Source: Leptospiraceae bacterium
GTDB taxonomy: Bacteria; Spirochaetota; Leptospiria; Leptospirales; Leptospiraceae
Reading direction: 5' to 3'
DNA length: 64,000 bases
NCBI GenBank assembly: GCA_024233835.1
Contig: JACKPC010000001.1
Span: 1,477,442 to 1,541,441 of the forward strand
The notes under the pieces were generated by a model. That model was not told the origin of the DNA. It saw only the letters and a program-made list of their open reading frames with translations, and did not search any database. The stretch's first letter is position 1, and each line of letters begins with the position of its first letter. The position numbers and the translations under genes were made by a program. Positions 20,438 through 29,403 of the stretch are shown in pieces.

Positions 20438-22879
20438 ATGAAAACCTCTCCAAAAGAAAAGAGAACCAGAGAAAAATTAATTGATCCGGCTTTGAAAAAA
20501 GCGGGATGGGATTTTGAAAAACAGGTTGGCATGGAAGTAAAGCTGACCGATGGGAAAATTTTAGTCAATGGCACTTTGACACGGAGAGAAGATGCCCGAT
20601 ATGCGGATTATGTTTTGTATTTCAAACCCAATATTCCTATTGCTATCATTGAAGCAAAGGAAGAAAATCAATCTGCCAGAAAGGGTTTGCAGCAGGCATT
20701 GGATTATGCTTCTATGCTGGATGTGCCCTTTGTTTTTAGCACGAATGGAAAGTCCTTTATCTTTCATGATAAAACTGTAGCCGATGGAGAAATCGAAACA
20801 GAACTATCTATGGATGAATTTCCTTCGCCAAAAGAACTCTGGGAAAAATACAAAATCTATCATGGGATAACAGAAGAAAAACAGGTAAAAGTGATTGAGC
20901 AGGACTTTTATTTTGATGGTAGCGATAGAAAGCCGAGGTATTATCAACAGGTTGCTATCAACAAAGTAATTCGAGAAATTGCCAAAGGAAAAAACCGGCT
21001 TTTGCTTGTCATGGCAACAGGAACCGGAAAGACCTATACCGCTTTTCAGATTGCGTATCGTCTCTGGAAAAATGGTAGCAAGAAAAAGATTTTGTTTTTG
21101 GCAGATAGAACCGCATTGATTGATCAGACACGCAGGGGAGATTTTAAACACTTCAAAGACAACCTGACGGTTATCAAGAAAAAAGTAATTGAGCAGGGCG
21201 GAAAACAAAGGTTAATTTCCAACAAGAAAAGAGGCATTGATTCTTCCGACAAGGCTTATGAGATTTATCTCGGTTTGTATCAGGGTTTAAGCGATGCCGA
21301 CGGAATCGAAGATGCTTATAAAGATTTTCCGAGAGATTTTTTTGATTTGATTATCGTGGATGAGTGCCATAGGGGAAGTGCCAAAGCTGATAGTGCTTGG
21401 AGAGAAATACTAACTTATTTCCAATCGGCAACCCAGATCGGTATGACCGCGACTCCTAAAGAAACAAAAAAGATTTCCAATATTGAATATTTTGGTGATC
21501 CTGTTTATACCTATTCGCTCAAACAGGGAATCAATGACGGCTTTTTAGCTCCTTATAAAGTGATTCGTTTAACGTTAAATATTGATAAGGATGGTTGGCA
21601 ACCACCGAAAGGTTATTTGGATAAAAAAGGCAAACCGGTTAAAAATAGGATCTATAACCTGAAAGATTTTGATAAAAATCTTGTAGTAGAAGAACGCAGG
21701 AAAGTAGTTGCACAAAAAATCACCGAATATCTAAAAGGCAATAAACAACGTTATGCGAAAACGATCCTTTTTTGTGTGGATATAGAACACGCCGAAGGAA
21801 TGACGACCGCACTTATCAACGCAAATGCGGACATCTGTAGATCGAATGATAAATACGTTATGCAAATTACCGGGGATAATGAGGAAGGCAAAAGGGAACT
21901 GGATAATTTTACCAATCCCGAAGAGCCATATCCCACAATTGTTACCACTTCCAAACTATTGACAACAGGAGTAGATGCAAAAACCTGTAAGGTAATTGTC
22001 TTGGATAGTAACATTCAGTCGATGACAGAGTTTAAGCAAATCATCGGTCGTGGTACGAGGATTGATGAAGATTATGATAAGAGATATTTTACAATATTAG
22101 ATTTTAGAAATGTTACCAAATTATTTGAAGATGAGGAGTTTGATGGAGAACCTGTTAAAATCAAAATTAGTACAGAAAATGAAGACCTTTCCGATTTTGA
22201 AGAGGAAGGTTCTTTGGAAAATGATAAGGATTCTTTAGAATCAGAGAAGAAAAACCCCGGTCTTATAAAAGCACATTCTTCAACAAAATCGCCTAAACCA
22301 CCACGACCACCCAAAAAAGAAAAAGTATATGTGAATGGAATTAACGTCACTCTTCTTTTGGAAAGAAATCTTTTCTTTGATAGAGAAGGAAGGCCTATTA
22401 CAGAAAGTTTGGTGGATTATACAAAACCTATCATCCAGAAGAAATTCAAAACACTCAAAGCTTTCTTGAAAAAGTGGAACTCTGTAGAAAGAAAAACCGC
22501 CATTATCAAAGAACTCGAAGCGGATGGTGTCCTTATCGAAGAGCTTAAAAAAGCTGTTGATAAGAATGTAGATATTTTTGATCTTATCTGTCATATAGCT
22601 TATGATATGCCTCCATTGACCAGAAGGGAAAGAGCGAATAACGTCAAGAAAAGAAACTACTTTACCAAGTATGGAGAAACCGCCCGCAAGGTGATAGACG
22701 CTCTGATTGATAAATATTCCGATGGTGGATTTGAAAATCTGGAAAGTGGTGAGGTTCTTTATTTAGAACCTTTTAGTGAATACGGTTCACCGATGGAAAT
22801 CATTGAAGAATTTGGTGGACTTGAGGATTATAACAAGACAATTAAAGAAATAGAAAACTATATTTATGAGGTGGCTTAA
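20438..22879 (+). CDS. hsdR: Type I restriction enzyme R subunit (EcoEI/type IB-like, 813 aa)
   Basis: N-terminal KLIDPALKKAGW restriction domain, DEAD-box helicase motifs (MATGTGKT, DECHR), C-terminal EcoEI_R_C-like domain. Confidence 0.9.
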   Translation: MKTSPKEKRTREKLIDPALKKAGWDFEKQVGMEVKLTDGKILVNGTLTRREDARYADYVLYFKPNIPIAIIEAKEENQSARKGLQQALDYASMLDVPFVFSTNGKSFIFHDKTVADGEIETELSMDEFPSPKELWEKYKIYHGITEEKQVKVIEQDFYFDGSDRKPRYYQQVAINKVIREIAKGKNRLLLVMATGTGKTYTAFQIAYRLWKNGSKKKILFLADRTALIDQTRRGDFKHFKDNLTVIKKKVIEQGGKQRLISNKKRGIDSSDKAYEIYLGLYQGLSDADGIEDAYKDFPRDFFDLIIVDECHRGSAKADSAWREILTYFQSATQIGMTATPKETKKISNIEYFGDPVYTYSLKQGINDGFLAPYKVIRLTLNIDKDGWQPPKGYLDKKGKPVKNRIYNLKDFDKNLVVEERRKVVAQKITEYLKGNKQRYAKTILFCVDIEHAEGMTTALINANADICRSNDKYVMQITGDNEEGKRELDNFTNPEEPYPTIVTTSKLLTTGVDAKTCKVIVLDSNIQSMTEFKQIIGRGTRIDEDYDKRYFTILDFRNVTKLFEDEEFDGEPVKIKISTENEDLSDFEEEGSLENDKDSLESEKKNPGLIKAHSSTKSPKPPRPPKKEKVYVNGINVTLLLERNLFFDREGRPITESLVDYTKPIIQKKFKTLKAFLKKWNSVERKTAIIKELEADGVLIEELKKAVDKNVDIFDLICHIAYDMPPLTRRERANNVKKRNYFTKYGETARKVIDALIDKYSDGGFENLESGEVLYLEPFSEYGSPMEIIEEFGGLEDYNKTIKEIENYIYEVA

Positions 22880-24315
22880 TGTCAGTTAATATTTCGGGTG
22901 TTTTAAAATCGATTCGGGATTTTATGCGTCAGGATGCAGGCTTGAACGGTGATGCACAGAGATTGGAACAACTTGGCTGGATGATTTTTTTAAAAATCTT
23001 CAGTGATAAGGATAAAGAATTACAGTTCACTTCCAATGGAAAGTATAAGTCACCCTTACCGGAAAAATATCATTGGGAGAATATTAAGAAATATGCAGAT
23101 ACCGAAAAAGCGGAAGATTTTTTAACCTTTATTGATCAGGGATTATTTAAAGATTTAAAAGAGTTGGATATAAGCACCGGAAACGAAAGAGTCAAACTTC
23201 TCAAGAATGTGTTTGAAGGAAATAATAATTATATGAAGTCCGGCACGCTTTTGAAAAAGGTAATCTACAAACTGGATGAAATTAATTTTAACAGAGCAAA
23301 GGATAAACATGTTTTTGGTGATATTTATGAAACCATGCTCAAAGAATTGCAAAGTGCGGGAAAGAGTGGAGAGTTTTATACACCGAGAGCTATAACCCAG
23401 TTTTTGACCGATATAGTAGACCCAAAAATCGGTGAAAAAGTTTTGGATCCGGCATGTGGAACCGGTGGTTTCTTATCTGCCTGTGTAGAGAAGTTGAAAA
23501 CTTTAGCAAAGACTACAAAGGAGAGAGACTCTATCCAAAAAAATATTATGGGTATAGAGTTCAAACCTCTTCCGTATATGTTAGCAGTTACGAATATGAT
23601 TTTGCACGATGTGGCTCTTCCTTCGATTGAAGAAAGGGACTCTTTGGACAAACCAGTTACGGAATACAAAGAAAAAGATCGTGTAGACATCATCCTTGCC
23701 AATCCTCCTTTTGGTGGAGTAGTGACAGAAGGATACGAAAAGAACTTTCCTTTGAACTACAGGACAAAAGAAAGTGCGGATTTGTTTCTTGTGCTATTTA
23801 TCAATCTATTGAAAGAAGGTGGACGGGCTGCTATTGTTCTACCGGATGGCTCGCTTACCGGTGATGGCGTTAAACAGCGGATACGGGAACTCTGGATGAC
23901 GAAGTGCAATTTACATACAATCATTCGGCTGCCAAATTCGGTCTTTCAGCCTTATGCTTCGGTAGCAACAAATTTATTGTTTTTTGAAAAAGGAACACCT
24001 ACAAAGGATATTTGGTATTATGAACATACCCTGCCCGAAGGTCAAAAGTCCTACAGCAAAACTAAACCCATTCAGGTGAATGAATTTGACCCGATCAAGA
24101 AGTGGTGGAATAAACGCAAAGAGAGTGAAGTTTGCTGGAAAGTCAATATCAAGGAAATCGAAGCTCGCGGTTATGACCTCGATATAAAAAACCCCAATAA
24201 AAAAGAAGAAGAGCACGAGTATACCAGCAAGGAATTAATCTCCATGCTCGGAGAATCATTTTCCAAAAGCGATAAAATTTTGAAGGTAATCCAAAAGGAA
24301 TTGAAAGTTGGATAA
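22879..24315 (+). CDS. hsdM: Type I RM N6-adenine DNA methyltransferase M subunit
   Basis: NPPFG catalytic motif and the AdoMet motif DPACGTGGFL. Start overlaps the hsdR stop (ATGA-type coupling). Confidence 0.9.
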   Translation: MSVNISGVLKSIRDFMRQDAGLNGDAQRLEQLGWMIFLKIFSDKDKELQFTSNGKYKSPLPEKYHWENIKKYADTEKAEDFLTFIDQGLFKDLKELDISTGNERVKLLKNVFEGNNNYMKSGTLLKKVIYKLDEINFNRAKDKHVFGDIYETMLKELQSAGKSGEFYTPRAITQFLTDIVDPKIGEKVLDPACGTGGFLSACVEKLKTLAKTTKERDSIQKNIMGIEFKPLPYMLAVTNMILHDVALPSIEERDSLDKPVTEYKEKDRVDIILANPPFGGVVTEGYEKNFPLNYRTKESADLFLVLFINLLKEGGRAAIVLPDGSLTGDGVKQRIRELWMTKCNLHTIIRLPNSVFQPYASVATNLLFFEKGTPTKDIWYYEHTLPEGQKSYSKTKPIQVNEFDPIKKWWNKRKESEVCWKVNIKEIEARGYDLDIKNPNKKEEEHEYTSKELISMLGESFSKSDKILKVIQKELKVG

Positions 24316-24694
24316 CCCTGCATCACAGTTTATCATTTATACCACCGAGTTGGGAGATACCCGGATCGATGTCCGAATGGAAGAAGAAACCGTCTGGCTA
24401 TCCCAAAAGCAAATGGCGGAGTTGTATCAAAAAGATGTGAGAACGGTTAATGAACATATTCAAAACATCTATTCAGAAGAAGAGCTTCTACCGGAGGCAA
24501 CTATCCGGAATTTCCGGATAGTTCAACAGGAGGGAAAAAGACAGGTTTCGCGTGATATTGACCATTATAATCTGGATATGATTCTCTCTGTCGGTTACAG
24601 GATTAAATCGTCTATTGCGACTCGTTTCCGCCAGTGGGCTACCGAAAGGCTGAGGGAATACATCATCAAAGGGAAAATAAATGTCTTTGTATAA
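24308..24694 (+). pseudogene. rhuM: RhuM-family (Fic/DOC-like) virulence-protein gene, N-terminal 128-aa fragment only
   Basis: Matches the RhuM N-terminus through LREYIIKG, then diverges (KINVFV*) where full-length RhuM continues F.MDDERLK for ~200 more residues. Confidence 0.7.
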
Positions 24695-25256
24695 AAATAA
24701 ATACCGCATCGAATCTGCCCGAAAAAAGAATTGGGATTATACCAGCCCGGCATATTATTTTATCACGATATGCACCAGGGACAGAAAACATTATTTTGGT
24801 GAAATAAAAAATGGAATCATGGAATTAAATCCTGTGGGAAAAATCATTCACGATGAATGGTACAAAACCCAATCCATGCGTCCGAATATATATTTGGATG
24901 AATTTATTATCATGCCCAACCATATTCATGGAATTATCCAAATTGATTATAAACATCATCGTAGAGACGCGTTGCATCATCGTAGAGACGCGTTGCAATG
25001 CGTCTCTACGATGATGCATTATTCGTACGTATATATCCAAAATATATCGCATATTGTCCGTGGATTTAAATCATCCTGTACCAATCGAATCCATACAGAA
25101 ATCGGTTGTGAATTTGAATGGCAATCCCGTTTTTATGATCGTGTCATCCGAACCGAACCGGAATTACATAACACACGGAAATATATAAAAAACAATCCAA
25201 AAAAATGGCAATCCGTGTATGATTCCCGTGACAGAAAACAGGAAAAAATCCAATGA
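24681..25256 (+). CDS. tnpA: IS200/IS605-family Y1 (HUH) transposase, REP-associated tyrosine transposase (RAYT)-like
   Basis: HUH motif NHIHGII and catalytic Tyr motif WQSRFYDRVIR, 191 aa. Start overlaps the rhuM fragment and the stop overlaps the hsdS start (ATGA). Confidence 0.8.
   Translation: MSLYKNKYRIESARKKNWDYTSPAYYFITICTRDRKHYFGEIKNGIMELNPVGKIIHDEWYKTQSMRPNIYLDEFIIMPNHIHGIIQIDYKHHRRDALHHRRDALQCVSTMMHYSYVYIQNISHIVRGFKSSCTNRIHTEIGCEFEWQSRFYDRVIRTEPELHNTRKYIKNNPKKWQSVYDSRDRKQEKIQ
24954..25016. repeat. 63-bp composite repeat inside tnpA: a 21-bp unit (catcatcgtagagacgcgttg) duplicated in tandem, then its inverted copy; forms a ~20-bp palindrome with one mismatch
   Basis: Read directly: 24954-24974 and 24975-24995 are identical; 24996-25016 is the reverse complement with one mismatch. 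The whole structure stays in frame (HHRRDALHHRRDALQCVSTMMH). Confidence 0.9.
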
Positions 25257-26593
25257 ATAAAAACGAATGGCGAAAGGTGAAATTGGGGGATGTGATTTCA
25301 GCACGGAATGAACGGTATAAACCTGATGACGATTATATTTCAAAGTTACAAAGGATAGATAAAATTGATTTTACTGGAAATATATTTTTATCAAACAATC
25401 CATCAAAAACGGATATGATTTTAATTAAACCGGGTGATTTTGTAATTTCAGGAATCAATGTTGCAAAAGGTGCATTAGCAGTTTATAATGGAACGGAAGA
25501 AGTATCTGCTACTATTCATTATTCTTCCTATACATTAAACGAAAAAGAATTATATTTGGATTATTTTAAAAGTTTTTTACGAAGTTCGGAATTTTTACGA
25601 TTATTACAAGAACAAATTCCCGGTGGTATTAAAACAGAAGTAAAACCAAAGCATATTTTACCTTTAGAAATTTCCCTACCTCCCTTATCCGAACAAAAGC
25701 GAATCTCAGCCAAATTGCAATCCATCCAAGCACAGCACACAGAACTTACCGCCGAAATACAAAACCAAAAATCCTATATCAAGCAACTTAAACAGGCAAT
25801 CTTGCAGGATGCTGTCACAGGAAAGCTAACAGAAGATTGGCGAAAGACCCAAGCGGGAAAAAACGCAGGCAATGCCAGAGAACTCTTGGAGCAAATCAAA
25901 GCAGAGAAAGAAAAGCTCATCGCCGAGGGCAAGATAAAAAAACAGAAACCGTTACCACCGATAAAACAGGAAGAGATACCTTTTGACTTGCCAGCGGGTT
26001 GGGTTTGGACGAGATTGGGGGTGGTGATTGATGACAAACCAAAAAATGGTTATTCACCTAAAGAAGTTAGCTATCCAACAGAAATTAAGAGCTTAAAATT
26101 AGGAGCTACAACTTGGGGAACTTTTAATTCAAATGAATACAAATATATAGATGAAGTTATTCCTAAAGAATCTCCATATTGGTTAAAAAATGGAGATATT
26201 TTAATTCAAAGAAGTAATTCTTTAGATTATGTCGGAGTGAGTGCAGTATACGATAGAGAAGATTTTCAATTTATTTATCCGGATTTAATGATGAAAATTC
26301 GTTCAGTTATTATTTCAGCTAAAAGCTTACATCTTTTGTTGTCTTCTCCTTATATGAGAAATTACTTTAGAGCAAATGCTAAAGGTGCACAAAAAACAAT
26401 GCCAAAAATTAATCAGGATATAGTTATTAATGCGTTACTCCCACTCCCACCCCTCGCCGAGCAGGAAGAAATCGTGCGGCGGGTGGATGTGTTGTTTGCT
26501 CAGGTGAAGGAGCTGGAACAGGAAGTGGAGAAACGCGAAAAGTATGCAGAAAGCTTGATGCAGGTTGTTTTAAGCGAAGCGTTGCGCGGGTGA
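25253..26593 (+). CDS. hsdS: Type I RM specificity subunit with two target-recognition domains
   Basis: Typical HsdS N-terminus (WRKVKLGDVIS) and two conserved spacer regions (LPPLSEQKRI...; LPLPPLAEQEEIVRRVD...). Confidence 0.85.
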   Translation: MNKNEWRKVKLGDVISARNERYKPDDDYISKLQRIDKIDFTGNIFLSNNPSKTDMILIKPGDFVISGINVAKGALAVYNGTEEVSATIHYSSYTLNEKELYLDYFKSFLRSSEFLRLLQEQIPGGIKTEVKPKHILPLEISLPPLSEQKRISAKLQSIQAQHTELTAEIQNQKSYIKQLKQAILQDAVTGKLTEDWRKTQAGKNAGNARELLEQIKAEKEKLIAEGKIKKQKPLPPIKQEEIPFDLPAGWVWTRLGVVIDDKPKNGYSPKEVSYPTEIKSLKLGATTWGTFNSNEYKYIDEVIPKESPYWLKNGDILIQRSNSLDYVGVSAVYDREDFQFIYPDLMMKIRSVIISAKSLHLLLSSPYMRNYFRANAKGAQKTMPKINQDIVINALLPLPPLAEQEEIVRRVDVLFAQVKELEQEVEKREKYAESLMQVVLSEALRG

Positions 26594-26695
26594 TTGGAAT
26601 GGAAACATTTCCGGGCAATAAATCCAAACCTGAAATAAAAATATCCTGATAGAAAGTCCAAGTTTTCTATTTTTTTTCCGATATTTAAAAAGGCT

Positions 26696-27409
26696 ATGTT
26701 TCAAAGTTTTTTAATTATTTGTATCCTGGTATTTTATTCCGCTTCCGTGTTTTCTCAGGATGGGGTTGATGCCAAAAATAAGCTTCCGGGAATTCAAAGT
26801 CATAAGGATAGCACTGTTTCCTCCACCAGGGGTTATATTAAAATTTTTGGAGAGCAAAGATACTGGCAGGGGGTCTATTCTTTTAATAAAGCCAATGAAT
26901 ACTACAAAGATGGGCTTTTTGATGCCTGTATAGAAGAATTAAAGGTTTATTCCCAGCTCTATCCCAAGCATCCTTCTCAGCTCGAAGCCCTTCAGCTTTT
27001 AAGCCAGGCTTATGTAAAAAATGATGATCTGCAAAAAGCCATTGAGGTCGATTTAAAGATTTTTAAGGATAATTCTACTACTGAGTCCGGTTTAAGTGCT
27101 TATCTGGAAGCAGCCAGAAAATCGATTACGATAGGCAACACGAAAAAGGGAAGAGAAATTCTGGAATATGTAAAGAATCAGATGTTTTCCTCTAAACTGG
27201 CAAAAGACGCCGACATTGAACTCAGGCAACTGGACATTTTAGAGAACAAACAAAAGATTACACAAAATACAGTAGAAAATCCGCTTACGGGCTCTCCTGA
27301 ACCGGCGGTAAATCAGGAAATAAAAGAAAAATTTCCTGTAAATGATTTTCAGGATAATGAGAAAAAAGAAAATGGAAAAACGCTTGATTCTATTCCCTTA
27401 AAAAATTAA
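26696..27409 (+). CDS. Secreted TPR-like hypothetical protein
   Basis: Signal peptide with cleavage near VFS-QD; helical-repeat-like body. Confidence 0.45.
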   Translation: MFQSFLIICILVFYSASVFSQDGVDAKNKLPGIQSHKDSTVSSTRGYIKIFGEQRYWQGVYSFNKANEYYKDGLFDACIEELKVYSQLYPKHPSQLEALQLLSQAYVKNDDLQKAIEVDLKIFKDNSTTESGLSAYLEAARKSITIGNTKKGREILEYVKNQMFSSKLAKDADIELRQLDILENKQKITQNTVENPLTGSPEPAVNQEIKEKFPVNDFQDNEKKENGKTLDSIPLKN

Positions 27410-27541
27410 AAAAAAAGGGAACCGAGATTTTTTAAATTTACATACCATTGTTTTTTAAAATTCTGGGAGTGAATCTGAAACAAAGAAAACGTCAGTAGCT
27501 ATGGTTAACTGTCAAATAAAACCACAGAAAGAGAGGCTTTA

Positions 27542-28762
27542 ATGGCTGGTCCTTCATTTCACATGCAAGCGTTCCCTGCTAACTCCTACATTATTGTAGA
27601 AGGGAAAAAAGAAGCGAACGATTTCTATATTGTCAGGGAAGGGAAGGTAGGTGTAGGAAGAGAAAACCCGGTTGTCGGTGAGGAACCTACCCAGATTTTA
27701 GGACCCGGAGACTTTTTCGGTGTGGTGGCTGCTATGAGTCAACACCCTCAAATCGAAACAGCTCGTTCTCTTACAAAAGTTTCTCTAATAGCGGTCAGTT
27801 TCGACCAGTTCGGAACCCTCATCCAGAGGAATACTCCGGTAGCCATGAAGATTATCCGCTATTTCTCTATGAAGCTACGTCAGTTTGACCAGACGATTTT
27901 ACGCCTTTCTTTTAGAAATGCCCCTGTAGATGACCTGAACCAGCTTTATCACATGGGAGAATACTACTATTCACAGGGAAATACAGAACACGCGACTTAT
28001 TCCTTTCAAGCTTACCTGAAATACATGAAGAATGGGAAGTTTTTAACCCAGGCTAAAATGAAACTTCAGGGATTAGGTCAGCCCTTTGCTACTCCTCCCA
28101 TTGATTTAACCAAGTTTAACCGCCGTTATAAAGATAATTCCATGATTTTCTGTGAGCATGAGCCCGGAAAAGAACTCTATATCATTCAAAATGGAAAAGT
28201 AAAGATTACTAAAATTGTAGATAATAATGAAGTCATGCTTGCTGTACTCCAGAAAGGGGATATTTTTGGAGAAATGGCTATTCTGGACAATGCTCCCCGC
28301 TCGGCTTCTGCAATTGCCTTCGGAGATGTGGACCTCTTAGCTATTAATAAGGCAAACTTCGAGGGAATGGTAAAAAAACAACCCCAGTTGGCGACCAAGA
28401 TTATTACCCTGCTCTCAGAACGTATCTGGCACGCTTATAAACAGCTCGCTAACCTTATGATTACCGATCCGGCAGGAAGAATTGCCGATACTCTACTTAC
28501 CCTTGTTGAGAAAAACCGTATTAAAGTTGGACCGAAAGTCGCCCATACTTACGATGTAGGTGTTCGCGATGTTCTAAAAATGGTTGGCCTGGCCGAAAAC
28601 CGGGATGAAAGAATATTTCTCGATCTTTTAGCTAAGAATAAGTTTTTAAAATTAGACCAGGGGAAAATTCGCTGTCTGGATCTTCATGAGCTGGAAAAGC
28701 TGGTGAATTATTATAAGAAAAAATCCCAGATGGAGAAAAAACTCCAGAAGAATTACCGCTAA
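27542..28762 (+). CDS. Protein with two cyclic-nucleotide-binding (CAP-effector) domains
   Basis: Two cNMP-binding cores (GDFFGVVAAM and GDIFGEMAIL) with beta-roll context. Confidence 0.75.
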   Translation: MAGPSFHMQAFPANSYIIVEGKKEANDFYIVREGKVGVGRENPVVGEEPTQILGPGDFFGVVAAMSQHPQIETARSLTKVSLIAVSFDQFGTLIQRNTPVAMKIIRYFSMKLRQFDQTILRLSFRNAPVDDLNQLYHMGEYYYSQGNTEHATYSFQAYLKYMKNGKFLTQAKMKLQGLGQPFATPPIDLTKFNRRYKDNSMIFCEHEPGKELYIIQNGKVKITKIVDNNEVMLAVLQKGDIFGEMAILDNAPRSASAIAFGDVDLLAINKANFEGMVKKQPQLATKIITLLSERIWHAYKQLANLMITDPAGRIADTLLTLVEKNRIKVGPKVAHTYDVGVRDVLKMVGLAENRDERIFLDLLAKNKFLKLDQGKIRCLDLHELEKLVNYYKKKSQMEKKLQKNYR

Positions 28763-28764
28763 AT

Positions 28765-29403
28765 CTGAAACAAGGTATCGTTTACAACTTCAAGGAAGCT
28801 TTATCCTTTTTATGTGCAAGGGATAAGGCTACAGCCGGATTAATCGATTCGGTAGGAGATTGTCGTTTTCAATCCATAGGTAACGCTTACTATACACTGA
28901 TTAAATCTGTCATTGCCCAGCAGCTCTCTCTACAGGCAGCAAGAGCCATACAGGAAAGATTATTTAAAGCCTGCGGTGTAAAACGAAAAAACACTCCTCC
29001 TTCTCCCTTAAGCCTTTTAACAATCGATGAAGAAACTTGCAGAAAACAGGGCCTTTCCCGTACAAAAACAGGAACTCTAAAACGAATTGCGGATAAATTT
29101 CATTCCGGGGAATGGACAGAAAAAAAACTCCGGACATTAGCAGATGATGAACTAAAGAAAGAGCTTTGTTCTGTGAAGGGAATCGGACCCTGGACGGCGG
29201 AAATGGTGATGATGTTTGCCCTGAACCGTCTCGATATTTTTTCGATTGGAGACCTGGGGCTTCGCCGGGGAGTTGAAAAGATCTATGGCATACCGAGAGA
29301 AAACAAATCGGAAATTGAAACTCATATAAAACGATATTCACCCTACAGGAGTATCCTTTCGTGGTATCTCTGGGAGAGTCAGGATGAAGAACCCTGGGAA
29401 TAA
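28765..29403 (+). CDS. alkA: DNA-3-methyladenine glycosylase II-like (HhH-GPD family) with no canonical start; candidate CTG start at 28765
   Basis: The frame is open from 28717. Its translation matches the AlkA C-terminal domain (VGDC, QQLS, HhH CSVKGIGPWTAEMVMMF, catalytic D in GDLGLRRG, SWYLW). There is no ATG/GTG/TTG in frame before GTG 29173, which lies inside the HhH motif. Confidence 0.6.
   Translation: MKQGIVYNFKEALSFLCARDKATAGLIDSVGDCRFQSIGNAYYTLIKSVIAQQLSLQAARAIQERLFKACGVKRKNTPPSPLSLLTIDEETCRKQGLSRTKTGTLKRIADKFHSGEWTEKKLRTLADDELKKELCSVKGIGPWTAEMVMMFALNRLDIFSIGDLGLRRGVEKIYGIPRENKSEIETHIKRYSPYRSILSWYLWESQDEEPWE

Noticed and set aside
24675-25260. Calling the tnpA segment an intact autonomous IS200/IS605 insertion sequence
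   Set aside because: No flanking subterminal hairpin ends or extra ~50-100 bp outside the ORF. The ORF's start and stop overlap the neighbouring genes exactly, so it is reported as a transposase-like CDS (probably domesticated) rather than a bounded mobile element.
27469-28773. Shared 12-mer aatctgaaacaa at 27469 and 28762 as a possible repeated regulatory site
   Set aside because: Single short exact match with no flanking similarity; consistent with chance in AT-rich DNA.
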